Origin: Mycobacterium leprae TN
Lineage (GTDB): Bacteria > Actinomycetota > Actinomycetes > Mycobacteriales > Mycobacteriaceae
Assembly: GCF_000195855.1 (NCBI RefSeq)
Contig: NC_002677.1
Coordinates: forward strand, 1,260,001-1,292,000
Direction of reading: 5' to 3'
DNA length: 32,000 nt
Below the pieces are notes generated by a model that was given only the letters and a program-made list of their open reading frames with translations, did not search any database and was not told the origin of the DNA. How positions within the stretch are numbered: position 1 is the stretch's first letter; every line of letters begins with the position of its first letter. The translations under genes were made by a program, and so were the position numbers. Positions 10,906 through 21,199 of this stretch are shown one piece after another.

Positions 10906-12635
10906 ATGGTCATCCCAGACAACCCCCCGTAGCGTCCTTTCAAACGTTTGCTGATCTGCAGATCCATCCGTGCGTCTTGTGAGGCGCTTGCCGACGTCGG
11001 CTACGAACCTCCAAACAGCTATCCACGCGGTGACGATTCTGATGCTAATAGCAAAGTCCCATTATATATTATATAGCGCAGTCCGGCACCAGCAAGACGG
11101 CGGCTTTTGCAATCCCAACCTTGTCTACAAGCAACATCACCAACAAAGCACCTCAGGTGCTTACTCGTGAGATGGCTCTGCAGGTAGCTGAGGCGTTCAG
11201 TTGCTACGGGGCCCATCTGCCGCAGATCAACAACGTGCTACCCGATACTACGGCAGGCCATTAGTATGGCGTGCAACTGGGCCGGGTTAAGACGCGGTGC
11301 GCAGGTAGTGGTCAACACCACTCAGCCGCGTCATAGACCACCTTGAACGCGGCACGCTGAACCTATCACGACTGGACTACCTGGTACTTGATGAAGACGA
11401 CGAGATGCTCAATATGGGTTTCGCCGAAGACGTTGAGCATATCCTGTTCGAAACCCCGGAATACAACCAGACGGCTCTATGGTCGGCGAACATGCCGGCA
11501 GCGATCCGCAACTCACTATATAAAGTACTTACACTTAAATATAAGGTATTTACACGATCGTCTCGAAATCACGTTTGAAGCGAACACTGCTACAGCCGAG
11601 AATATTTCGCAACGCTACATTCGAGTTTTCGGTCCACGTAAGATGGGTTCACTGACCTGTATCCCAGAAGTCGAACCGTTCGAGGCGATGATCGTCTTTG
11701 TCCGCACCAAACAGGCGACTGAGGAGGTCGTCGAAAACTATGTCTCGAGGATTCTCTGCCGCAGCTGTCAACGGCGACATTCCGCAGGGACAGCGCGAGC
11801 GGACCACCATCGCCCGGCGAGAAGGCGTTTTTGATATCCTGGCTTCTACCGATGTCTCCGCGTGCAGACTGGACGTGCAAAGGATATCGCATGTGCTTAG
11901 CTACGACATTCCGCACGACACCGAGTTCTATGTACACCGGATCGGACGTACGGGTCGGGCTGGCCGCTCAGGAAAGGCGCTGTTGTTCGTTTCCCTAGGG
12001 GGACTCCCCTACTCAAGTCGATCGAAAAGGCTACTAGGCAAGCATTTACCGAGGTCAAATTGCTTACCGTTGAACATGTCAATGCACAGGGGATAGCTAA
12101 ATTCAGCGATTCCATCACCAACGCGCTCGGCGGCCCGGGAATTGAGCTATTTCGTAGGTTGGTCGAGGATAACGAACGTGGGCGCAATGCCCCGATGGTT
12201 GACATCGCCGCGACGCTGGCGTTGCAGGAAGTGTTCCTGATGGTACCCAAATTGCCACTTCAGCGGCTGAAAGGTCCCGAAAGGTCCAAAAACCAACGTG
12301 CAGAACAACGTAGGGATCGTTACGGAAAGCCAAAGAGAGGAAGGTGCTTAGCATCAAATCGCATCGCCGTGGGCAAACGGTACAAGATTGGTTCTGGGAC
12401 GATCGTGGGCGTCATTGCCAACAAGGGAGGTTTGTATCGTAGCGATTTTTGCCACATCACCACTGGGCCGGACTTCTCTCTGGTGGAGATGCTGGCTAAA
12501 TTACCCCGAGTCACTCTGAAAAAATTTGATAAAAACTACATTTCGGGTGTGTTGCTCGACTTTCAGCCTGACCGGCTACCAGAGAGAGCCTGCGGGCGTG
12601 ATGGCGGCAAACCGCGCAGAAAACACACTGGATGA
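10906..12635 (+). pseudogene. deaD: ATP-dependent RNA helicase DeaD, degraded
   Basis: ATG at 10906 reads MVIPDNPP*RPFQTFADLQIHPCVL. Helicase fragments in several frames: [111 protein letters not shown], and C-terminal NRIAVGKRYKIGSGTIVGVIANKGGLYRSDF...GGKPRRKHTG*. Confidence 0.95.
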
Positions 12636-13771
12636 CGCTGTCTGAGGAAAGGGACGCCCAAAGTGGACTAAAGCAGGTCTCGCATGTGGATCGGGTAGCG
12701 TCGCTGACCGGCATCCGCGCGGTTGCCGCCCTCCTGATCGTTGGCACCCATGCGGCGTACACCACCGGCAAGTACACCCACGGCTATTGGGGCCTGGTCG
12801 GTGCCCGCTTGGAGATCGGCGTCCCGATCTTCTTTGCGCTATCCGGCTTCTTGTTATTCAGCCCGTGGGTGAAGTCGGCCGCCACTGGCAGTCCGCCGCC
12901 TTCGGTGAGCCGTTACGCGTGGCACCGGGTTAGGCGCATCATGCCTGCTTACGTGATCACCGTGTTGTTCGCCTACGCCCTGTATCACTTCCGCGCAGCG
13001 GGGCCGAATCCTGGACACAGCTGGATGGGATTGGTCCGCAACCTCACGCTGACGCAGATTTACACCGACGGCTACCTGGGTTCGTATCTGCACCAGGGCC
13101 TCACTCAGATGTGGAGCCTTGCGGTGGAGGTCGCTTTCTATGTGGCGCTACCCCTGCTGGCATATCTGTTGCTGGTGTTGCTCTGTCAGCGGCGATGGCA
13201 GCCAAGGTTAGTGTTGGTTGTTCTTGCGGGGATGTTGTTGATTAGTCCGGGATGGTTGATCCTGGTGCACCCCGATCACTGGTTTCCAGACGGCGCTCGG
13301 CTGTGGTTGCCGACCTACCTGGCCTGGTTCCTCGGAGGAATGATACTGGCTGTGCTGCAGGTGATGGGCGTGCGCTGCTACGCATTCGGGGCCATACCGC
13401 TGGCGATTATCTGCTATTTTATCGTGTCGACGCCTATCGCGGGCGCGCCAACCACATCGCCGGCATCGTTGGGGGAGGCGTTGATAAAAGTGGGCTTCTA
13501 CGCCGCGATCGCCACGTTGGCAGTGGCGCCTTTAACGCTAGGTGATCTGGGATGGTATTCGTGGCTGTTGTCCAGCAGGCCGATGGTGTGGCTGGGCGAA
13601 ATTTCTTACGAAATTTTTCTGATCCATCTGGTGACGATGGAGTTCGCGATGGTTTATGTGGTCCAAGACCACGTTTACACCGGGTCGATGCTGAACCTCA
13701 TCGTTGCTACGCTGGTGCTGACGATTCCCTTGGCCTGGCTGCTGCACCGCTGCACGCGGATGCGAAGCTAG
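12632..13771 (+). CDS. Acyltransferase 3 family (OafA/YrhL-like) membrane acyltransferase (Rv1254-like)
   Basis: Open 379-aa ORF: RVASLTGIRAVAALLIVGTHAAYTTG, IGVPIFFALSGFLLFSPWV, and multiple TM segments. Start overlaps the deaD stop codon (ATGA). Confidence 0.92.
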   Translation: MTLSEERDAQSGLKQVSHVDRVASLTGIRAVAALLIVGTHAAYTTGKYTHGYWGLVGARLEIGVPIFFALSGFLLFSPWVKSAATGSPPPSVSRYAWHRVRRIMPAYVITVLFAYALYHFRAAGPNPGHSWMGLVRNLTLTQIYTDGYLGSYLHQGLTQMWSLAVEVAFYVALPLLAYLLLVLLCQRRWQPRLVLVVLAGMLLISPGWLILVHPDHWFPDGARLWLPTYLAWFLGGMILAVLQVMGVRCYAFGAIPLAIICYFIVSTPIAGAPTTSPASLGEALIKVGFYAAIATLAVAPLTLGDLGWYSWLLSSRPMVWLGEISYEIFLIHLVTMEFAMVYVVQDHVYTGSMLNLIVATLVLTIPLAWLLHRCTRMRS

Positions 13772-13901
13772 ATTAGGCTTCCTTGCTTAAGGTTAGCAGT
13801 TGGCGATGAAGGATATTAAGAACTATGACCGAACTTAGACCGTCGCCGGGCTAGCAGGGCGCAGTGCTGAAGCTCTTGCGTGTTGGCGACTACCAACTTA
13901 A

Positions 13902-14258
13902 CGTGACTGGACTGACCGCGAGATTGGCCCGCGTTACCTGAGGTTGAGCTTCGGTGACGGCAAGATGTTCGTCGAGCATTCCGTGTGTCCCCACGATAGG
14001 GATATCCGGATGTGGTTCGCCGACGGGCATCAACGCTGTTACACGCTGGTCAATCTCAATCCGGTTTCTGGTACCGTGTATATCGAGTTTGCGCTGCAAG
14101 GCGGTTACGCGTCGGATTGAGTAAGAGCTGTACAGCCCGGCGACACCATCGGCGCGGGATGGGTACGGGGTAGCCAATTCGTCTTCCCTGAGCCGTTTCT
14201 GACTAGGTACGTCATCATGGGCGATATCACGATTGCCCACGATCAACTTTCTGTCTGA
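13902..14258 (+). pseudogene. Unassigned coding remnant interrupted by one in-frame TGA
   Basis: One frame reads RDWTDREIGPRYLRLSFGDGKMFVEHSVCPHDRDIRMWFADGHQRCYTLVNLNPVSGTVYIEFALQGGYASD*VRAVQPGDTIGAGWVRGSQFVFPEPFLTRYVIMGDITIAHDQLSV*. The internal TGA is at 14118-14120. Composition looks protein-like; family not recognised. Confidence 0.45.
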
Positions 14259-14904
14259 CTCCATCGGGGATTCCCTTGCATCCGTGTTTCTCGAAACTTG
14301 CTGCGATGATGACGAATGCCTGACGGTGGTGCGCAGTAGCCGGTGTTACCTGGGTGGACGGCAAGAACGGCGGCGGCCAGTTGTTCGAAATCATGCGGTA
14401 GGCGGTGTTCGATGCGAGCGATCACTTTGGCTGGATGGCTTGTGACACCTGTACCACGCGGTTAGTCGTCAAAGTGCTGCGGCAGGATTTTCGCATACCG
14501 CAAAAAATCCATTAAGATGCAAGCTTATTGGGTGGCCTGATCTGATCTTGCGGGACGCACAAGCTAGATCCACAGTTCAGCCATTGTCGTGTCGGAAAGT
14601 ACCCCGGGTGTCGACATATGCACCCAGGCCGAGTGGCTAGAGGGCGATGACACGGAGCCCTGGTACATCGCTACTTCGGGCTGGCATGACCCTGAGTGGG
14701 GTGTTATGCGCATTCTTATTTTGGAGTAGACTTCCTCTGAGTTTTGGAGGGCGAGCCCACCCGCGGTGCCTCTGCTTTTGGCGGCGGGGTTGGCCTTGGC
14801 ATCCAACCCCCGGCGGGTCGCTCCGGTTGTGGCGCGGTTATCGGTGGTGGCTCGCTCTCTGTCCCGGGCAGACCAGGAAGTCACTGCATCAAGATAAGTT
14901 CAGT

Positions 14905-15235
14905 GGTGACAGCTTCGACCAGGCCTGAGAGGCGCCGGTGTGGTAACAGTGCGTTGTGTTCACATCCTGGGCCCACATCTTTTCGTACCCGGACTCGATG
15001 GCCATCAGCATCTGGACGTTTTGCCCGAAGATATTTGCTATGCGCCAAAAATGACAGCAGAGCCCGATTAGTTGTTACCAGTGGAGGTTGTGTCGTGGCA
15101 GCCAACGCCGATTCGAAAGCCCCTACCACCGCCGCGACTTGCGAGGCAGCCTGCTCGGCATGGCTAGTCGACGCAAAAGAGCTTGTTGCCCTGTCGATCT
15201 CGTTCATACCAATCGATGTCAGATCACTCTGGGGT
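14905..15235 (-). pseudogene. PPE-family protein remnant
   Basis: Minus strand reads TSHAEQAASQVAAVVGAFESALAATTQPPLVTTNRALLSFLAH, then after a frameshift ANIFGQNVQMLMAIESGYEKMWAQDVNTTHCY. This matches the conserved PPE-domain block (AAQAEQAA..ARAAAAAFEAAFAATVPPPVIAANRALL...NxFGQNTPAIAATEAxYAEMWAQDAAAMY). Boundaries approximate. Confidence 0.85.
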
Positions 15236-15322
15236 AAAGGTTCTCGGGTCGAGTATCTGATCGGTGGCAACCTTGGTGCTTCTGGCTGCCAACAAGTCTC
15301 TGCCTTTTTACCGGACCCGCTA

Positions 15323-16450
15323 TTACGGCTGCACGGTAATCGGCACCGTCAGCAGGGGTCGTATGTAACTTGCCGCCAGCCCACGCGATGCTGGACTCGT
15401 CGACCTCGAAGTCGGGGTAACGGGCCAGTAGCTCGGTCAGCCGAACCTCGGCGTTGCATACGGGTCACCTTGGCGCCCAGGTATGTGCGCCGTGGCTGAA
15501 GATCAGGATGTTGGGTGGTCACCAGGTTACGTCCAGCTAGCTGGCGGCGGCTGTATTAGCGTTCATCCCGCTTGGCCTGCCCGTAGCGCATTAGCACCCT
15601 GCGACCGGGCGAGACAGTGGTGTGGCCGATAGCGACATCTCGTGTGGTGTGGTGCGCATCAGTCCCCGGACGGATGACGTCAGCCTCAGCAGTATCCTTA
15701 ACGGCATCTAGCCGCCGAGCATGCCAGTGACGGTGTTGTTTCCGCCGGTGGCTATCGGTGAATGTGCAAGCCAGCATCGACAGTGTGTTGGCCCCGGCCG
15801 TGGTCAAGTGCTAGATGGTGTCGTCTTCGGGTTCGCTTCGGCGCCGTTCGATCAGCCTGGTGAAGTAGGCTAGCATCGACTCGACCGCATAGCCTGCAAC
15901 GTCCAGCTCGTTGGTGATGCCGCCGGCGTCGGCCGTGTTGGCCGCCACGATGGCCGGGGCCAGCCGTCGAATTGTGATCGGACTTTTTCGGGGAAACCGA
16001 AATAGTGCGCCACCACCATCGGCGGCAGTGGTTTGAAAAGTTCGGTGACGATGTCTACGCTGCCCTTAGCGCGCAGCTGCTCGATGTGCTCGACGACGAA
16101 GTGACGCACTTTTGGCTCGACCACGTTGGTTTGTCGCGGGGTGAATCTGCGCGACACCAGTTTGCGGCACTTGGTCTAAACTGGCTGGTCTTGCATAACC
16201 ATCGGCGGGTTATCTTGCAGCCCAATCAGTTCCATGTCGCTGTAATTGACGGTGAGTCTCTGTGCAGAGGATAACTTCGCATGGCCATCGACCAGACGTC
16301 GGCGTGCCGGGGCAGCACGTAGTAGTCGTCCTCGGGCTGGTTTGCGGGGACGACGTGGTGCACCGCCTCGTGGTCTCGTAGGGTTCGGTACATCGACCAG
16401 GGATTGGGCCAGATGTCGGCAGTGGTGAACCGGAACCTGTGAGACATCAC
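15323..16450 (-). pseudogene. cyp130: Cytochrome P450 (CYP130-like), degraded
   Basis: Fragments: MMSHRFRFTTADIWPNPWSMYRTLRDHEAVHHVVPANQPEDDYYVLPRHADVWS; MSRRFTPRQTNVVEPKVRHFVVEHIEQLRAKGSVDIVTELFKPLPPMVVAHYFGFPE; RDVAIGHTTVSPGRRVLMRYGQAKRDER; heme-region HGAHTCLGAKVTRMQ and LTELLARYPDFEVDESSIAWAGG. Frameshifts and stops throughout. Confidence 0.95.
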
Positions 16451-16457
16451 GCGCAGG

Positions 16458-17819
16458 TCAGATCGCCGCGCCGGGATTCAGGATGCCATAGGGGTCCAAT
16501 GCGTGCTTGATGCGCTGGTTTAGCTCCATCACGTCGGGCCCGAGATAGTCGTCCAGCCATGGTCGTTTCAACCGGCCGACGCCGTGCTCACCGGTGATGG
16601 TGCCACCGAGGCCGACGGCCATGTCCATGATTTCTCCGAACGCGCGATGGGCGCGTTCCGTCATCGTGGCATCGGCGGGGTTGTACACGATCAGCGGGTG
16701 GGTGTTGCCGTCACCGGCATGCGCGATCACCGAAATCATCAGGTTGCGCTCGGTGGAGATGTGAGCGATCCCAGTAACTAACTTGCCCAGCGCCGGCAGC
16801 GGCACTCCGACGTCTTCGAGCAACAGTGAGCCCTTGCTTTCGACCGCCGGAATGCAAAACCGTCGGGCGGCAACAAACGCCTCGCCCTCGTCTGGATCGT
16901 TCGTGGACGATACTTGTGTTGCACCGTTTTCGGCAAACACAGCCCCGATCAGTTTGGCTTCGTCGGTGCCTGCGTGCCCAAGTTCGTCGGAGCCTGCCAC
17001 TAGCATGGCGGCTGCCTCGCGGTCCAGGCCCATTCGGAAGGTGTCCTCGACGGCATTGATTGCCACCGAATCCATAAATTCGAGCATTGCGGGACGCAGA
17101 CGAGCAGCGACTCCCAACACTGCATCGACAGCTGCCTGGACCGAAGCGAAGGTGGCCACCACGATGCTTGACGTGTTTTGGGTGGGCAACAGCCGCAGCG
17201 TCACTTCCGTGATGATGCCCAGCGTGCCTTCGCTGCCAACGAAGAGCTTTGTTAGGCTCAGTCCTGCAACGTCCTTGAGCCGCGGACCACCTAACCGAAC
17301 CGCGGTGCCGTCGGCCAACACCACCTGGATGCCCAGCACATAGTCGCCTGTGACGCCGTACTTCACACAGCACAGTCCGCCGGCATTGGTGGCGACGTTG
17401 CCACCAATGCTGCATATCTCGAACGACGACGGATCGGGTGGATACCACAGCCCGTGTTCGGCGGCAGCCTTCTTTACCTCCGCGTTGAACAGGCCGGGCT
17501 GACAAACCGCGGTGCGGGTGACTGGATCTACCGTGATGTCGCGCATCTTTTCCGTCGACAGCACGATCCCGTCATCCAGTGCAGTAGCGCCGCCCGACAG
17601 GCCGCTGCCGGCTCCCCGGGCCACCACCGGCACCCGGTTAGCGCTGGCCCAGCGTAATACGGTCTGCACCTCGTCAGTGCGTCGTGGCTGAACCACGGCC
17701 AGCGGTTTGCCTGCCGACGGGTCCAAGGCGCGGTCATGCCGGTAGCCGTCGGTGACGGCCGAATCAGTGACTACCATCCCGTCGGGCAGACCGGCGATAA
17801 GGCTGGTCAGAACACCCAC
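16458..17819 (-). CDS. FAD-binding oxidase, GlcD / D-lactate dehydrogenase-like (Rv1257c-like)
   Basis: 453-aa ORF with FAD_binding_4 motif PVVARGAGSGLSGGATALDDGIVLSTEKM and C-terminal HAGDGNTHPLIVYNP...GLGGTITGEHGVGRLKRPWL. Confidence 0.93.
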   Translation of the reverse strand: MGVLTSLIAGLPDGMVVTDSAVTDGYRHDRALDPSAGKPLAVVQPRRTDEVQTVLRWASANRVPVVARGAGSGLSGGATALDDGIVLSTEKMRDITVDPVTRTAVCQPGLFNAEVKKAAAEHGLWYPPDPSSFEICSIGGNVATNAGGLCCVKYGVTGDYVLGIQVVLADGTAVRLGGPRLKDVAGLSLTKLFVGSEGTLGIITEVTLRLLPTQNTSSIVVATFASVQAAVDAVLGVAARLRPAMLEFMDSVAINAVEDTFRMGLDREAAAMLVAGSDELGHAGTDEAKLIGAVFAENGATQVSSTNDPDEGEAFVAARRFCIPAVESKGSLLLEDVGVPLPALGKLVTGIAHISTERNLMISVIAHAGDGNTHPLIVYNPADATMTERAHRAFGEIMDMAVGLGGTITGEHGVGRLKRPWLDDYLGPDVMELNQRIKHALDPYGILNPGAAI

Positions 17820-17832
17820 GCTTCGATCCTAC

Positions 17833-18895
17833 GGGGCCGGGATCGACGACCAACTCTGGTGCGTGGTCTAGCTCGCGCAGCTACGGCCACCTGACACAGA
17901 CAAGCCTGATTAACACGGATTGGGTAGCGCCAACGCCAAAAGCGCTGCTCGCAATCCGGAGAGTCGGTCAATTAACCGGCTAGCGGCAGGCTCAACGGGC
18001 CCAGCGACACGAACGGCACCGTCACCACCCCGACCACCCGGTCACGAAAATGGAAAAAAATTTAATGTGGCCCCCCGGGTTTGCATCATCTTAATTGTAG
18101 ATTGGCGCCATCAGCTCATCGAGCAGGCCAATCAGCGCGACTTGATAGGTCACGGTGGCAGGAACGTGATTAACACCATCGCCGAACTGAAGGTCCGGAT
18201 TGCTGTGAGCATGATCGCGCGCCGGCGCGCGTGTTTATTACGCTACGGCGTAGCCGGGCGTGCTGACCACACTACTTGCCGTAGAATGCTATACAATACC
18301 TACCTTAGCTGTTGCGGCTGATGTCGGGTCGGTGAAGTATTTCGGAAGTAGCATGCTTTCCATCGACCGGTACAGTGCGGTGATGGCCAGGTCGATCATT
18401 GCCAGTGTGTGCAAGACCCGCAGACTCCACATGAAACGCAGCCTGGTGGCGATTCCGGATACCAGCCCCTGCGGTCGGGTCGCGTGGTGCTGCTTACCGG
18501 CGCCTTCGAGCCGCAACGTGGTGATCATCAGACCGCCGACGCCCGGTTCGACCGGTCCGACCACAAACGCCAGGTCGAGGATCGCTTCGTAAGCGTAGTC
18601 GGCTCGGTCCAATGAGCAACCCGCCCGGGTGGCGTTCTTGGGTAGTGTTGGCTGGCGAGCCGTCACCTCTGTGGGGTTGAATTAGAGCTGAGAGCGCAGC
18701 CAGCACCGCAACGTTGACTGCTTGGTCGCCAAAAAAGCCGACGCCAATCGCGGGACGTCAGCTATTGCTGCGCCAGACAACGCATCGGAGACTAATTGAC
18801 ACCCGGCGGCGTCCAAAATAGTTGACTGCGGTGTCGGCTATCAGCGTTGAGACGAGCAAGGGCAGTGTGGTTGATCCGGTTATGATCGACGCGAC
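17833..18895 (-). pseudogene. Tap-family multidrug MFS transporter (Rv1258c-like), degraded
   Basis: Minus-strand fragments: TTLPLLVSTLIADTAVNYFGRRRVS; DQAVNVAVLAALSALIQP; MTARQPTLPKNATRAGCSLDRADYAYEAILDLAFVVGP..GVGGLMITT; LRLEGAGKQHHATRPQGLVSGIATRLRFMWSLRVLHTLAMIDLAITALYRSMESMLLPKYFTD; RVVGVVTVPFVSLGPLSLPLAG*LTD; terminal LRELDHAPE. Confidence 0.93.
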
Positions 18896-18994
18896 CCGTG
18901 CGCTGTTTCCGCGTTGTAAACATCAGTCAGGGGAAGGCAATGATGGAAATGTCATCATCCGCGCACACCACATCACGCGGCGGACAGGATCAGG

Positions 18995-19951
18995 TTGGTA
19001 ACGCCGGGCTGCGGCTGTTGTTTCTCGTGCAGGGTTGCATTAGCGTGCGAGGCCGCACGCGGAGCAACCGAATTTCAGGCCCCTTTAAAGCAAATTAGGG
19101 CTTGTTCGTTGCCCCATGCGGCTGAGTGGTTCGATGTTCGTGTGTTCATCCATCCAGGTACTGGTCAGGTGTTCGGTTCTCCTGTCGGGCCTGGAACCGG
19201 CTGGCCGGGCGATCTGGCCACACCGCGGACTCCGGTTGCCGCCGACGCCGAGCAGGTTTTGGTGTTATCGGGCGGAGCCGGCTCGATTCCCGAACTCAAT
19301 GCACAGATCAGCGTGTGCCGAGCCTGCCCAAGGTTGGTTGACTGGCGTGAGGAGGTCGCGGTCGTCAAACGCCGAGCCTTCGCCGACCAGCCGTATTGGG
19401 GGCGGCCGGTGCCGGGCTGGGGATCGGAGCAGCCGCGGCTGTTGATCGTAGGGCTGGCGCCCGCCGCGCACGGCGCCAACCGGACTGGGCGGATGTTCAC
19501 CGGAGATCGTTCTGGGGACCAGTTGTATGCGGCTTTGCACCGGGCTGGGTTGGTGAACTTGCCGATCAGCATGGACGCAGCAGATGGTTTGCAGGCCAAC
19601 CAGATTCGGATAACTGCACCGGTACGGTGCGCGCCGCCGGGCAACGCTCCGACGCAGGCGGAGTGGGTTACCTGCTCGCCCTGGCTGGAGGCCGAATGGC
19701 GGTTGGTGTCCGAGTACGTTCGGGCAATCGTCGCCCTGGGTGGATTTGCCTGGCAGATCGTGCTTCGGCTACCGGGCGTATCCGCAATGCGCAAGCCGCG
19801 GTTCAGCCACGGTGTTGTAGCGCAACTGTACGCCGGTGTGCGTTTGCTAGGTTGTTACCATCCTAGCCAGCAGAATATGTTCACCGGTAGGTTGACGCCG
19901 GCAATGCTCGACGACATTTTCCGTGACGCCAAGAAGCTAGCTGGGATTTAG
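18995..19951 (+). CDS. udgB: Family 5 uracil-DNA glycosylase UdgB (Rv1259-like)
   Basis: ORF with [90 protein letters not shown]. Start uncertain; an internal GTG at 19142 ([11 protein letters not shown]) is the more probable start. Confidence 0.93.
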   Translation: MVTPGCGCCFSCRVALACEAARGATEFQAPLKQIRACSLPHAAEWFDVRVFIHPGTGQVFGSPVGPGTGWPGDLATPRTPVAADAEQVLVLSGGAGSIPELNAQISVCRACPRLVDWREEVAVVKRRAFADQPYWGRPVPGWGSEQPRLLIVGLAPAAHGANRTGRMFTGDRSGDQLYAALHRAGLVNLPISMDAADGLQANQIRITAPVRCAPPGNAPTQAEWVTCSPWLEAEWRLVSEYVRAIVALGGFAWQIVLRLPGVSAMRKPRFSHGVVAQLYAGVRLLGCYHPSQQNMFTGRLTPAMLDDIFRDAKKLAGI

Positions 19952-20326
19952 TGACACGGCCGAAGTGATGGTTGTTTGATAACCGTACTGAGGCCATAAT
20001 TATGCTCAAGCATAAAAACTGTAAGCTGTGCTAATTTTTTTGGCATGTCGTCGCTAAGGCTTACATGTCACGGTCGTCGATCTCCATACCTTGCGGCTAG
20101 TCTTTGGTGTTGTTCACGTTTGTGTTTCGATATTTGTGCTACGTGCTCCCGCTTTGACTCGGTCGCATATGCACGCTAAAATCCGACGCCGCAGGCTAAT
20201 GGTGTCGGCACACTGCATTTCTGTCTACAAACATTCGTAACGGTCACCCATCGTCGCAGTTCAAGGCGTAAATCAACGTTGTAGGACGACTTACATTCGG
20301 TTTAGTGACAAGGCCGAAGACGGTTT

Positions 20327-20369
20327 TAATATGCGGCGTCAGTACCGTCGGTACTGACGCCGCATATTA
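20327..20369. repeat. 43-nt near-perfect palindrome (21-bp arms, 1-nt centre)
   Basis: taatatgcggcgtcagtaccg-t-cggtactgacgccgcatatta; arms are exact reverse complements. Confidence 0.97.
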
Positions 20370-20473
20370 GCTTGGGCGGCAGGGTTGTTCGCTCGCATGC
20401 CAAGCGTTAGAGCGAAGGGTGAGGTGTGCTCGCAGAGAACATTCTTATGGCCGGGGGCGTTGACTCCATCGGG

Positions 20474-20767
20474 CGTATTTCCGTCCTTGATCTCGTTCCG
20501 GTGCGCACAGACCAGTCGTCCAGGCATGCACTGGTGGCTACCGTGCAGCTGACGCAGACCGCGAACCAGCGGAATTTCAGTAGTCGCCTGGTAGTCGAAG
20601 ACTACAGCATGTTGTCTGTTGGTGCCACCAGCCCGCCGGTACTGATTACCTACCTGGCTGTGCAGACCACTCGCATCGAACTGCTTGGCAACCTTGGAGC
20701 CGTTAGCGAAAGAGCTTCTTTTAATTATACTCGCTCAGTCTCACGGGCTCGCATCGATTTGGGCTAG
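20474..20767 (+). pseudogene. N-terminal fragment of an LLM-class flavin-dependent oxidoreductase (MsnO8-like)
   Basis: RISVLDLVPVRTDQSSRHALVATVQLTQTANQRNFSSRLVVEDYSMLSVGATSPPVLITYLAVQTTRIELL...RARIDLG*. Matches the family pattern (ISVLDLVPVRxGQT...WVAEHHxMPSVGATSPPVLIxxLAxxTxRIRLG...PGRIDLGxGRAPG); the rest of the protein is absent. Confidence 0.8.
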
Positions 20768-20774
20768 GGTTTCC

Positions 20775-21174
20775 CGCAGGATTCGACCCTTCGTTTCCCG
20801 GTCCGGGTCCCGGAGCAGCACCATCCCTTTGGGGACCGATAGTTTGTCGTCGTTGCGGCGCGGAAGCACGTGCAGATGAATATGAAAGAAAGATCGTCTG
20901 AAAGGCGACTCGGCCATCGTTGATCGCGATGTTCGTCGCGTCAGCCAGTTCTGTCGCGCGGGCGGCCTGCGCGATCCGTTGAACCGATAGCGATCATCTT
21001 GATTAACGTCTCCGGTGTGGTGTCAATAAGGTCTACGGTATGTTGTTTGGGCAGCACCAGGGTGTGGCCACGGGTGAATGGGCGGATGTCCAGGATCGCT
21101 AGGTAGTCGTCGTCTTCGTAGATCCGAACAGCCGGAGCTTTCCCGGCGGGGATCGCACAGAACACGCAGGACAT
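20775..21174 (-). pseudogene. HIT-family hydrolase (Rv1262c-like), degraded
   Basis: MSCVFCAIPAGKAPAVRIYEDDDYLAILDIRPFTRGHTLVLPKQHTVDLIDTTPETLIKMIAIG, then frame changes into LADATNIAINDGRVAFQTIF / HIHLHVLPRRNDDKLSVPKGMVLLRDPDRE. The HxHxH motif is preceded by an apparent 4-nt insertion. Confidence 0.9.
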
Positions 21175-21199
21175 GTCTCTACGGTACTAGTTTGCTCAG

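Noticed and set aside
11055-11075. AT-rich ttatatattatata tract as a possible VNTR or promoter
   Set aside because: Too short and inside the decayed deaD sequence; no clear repeat unit array.
14744-15499. 251-aa + strand ORF
   Set aside because: Lies antisense to the PPE and cyp130 remnants and has no recognisable motifs of its own.
16711-17505. 264-aa minus ORF and 186-aa plus ORF (16783-17343) within the FAD oxidase
   Set aside because: Both overlap the well-supported GlcD-like frame; Arg/Gly-rich out-of-frame translations.
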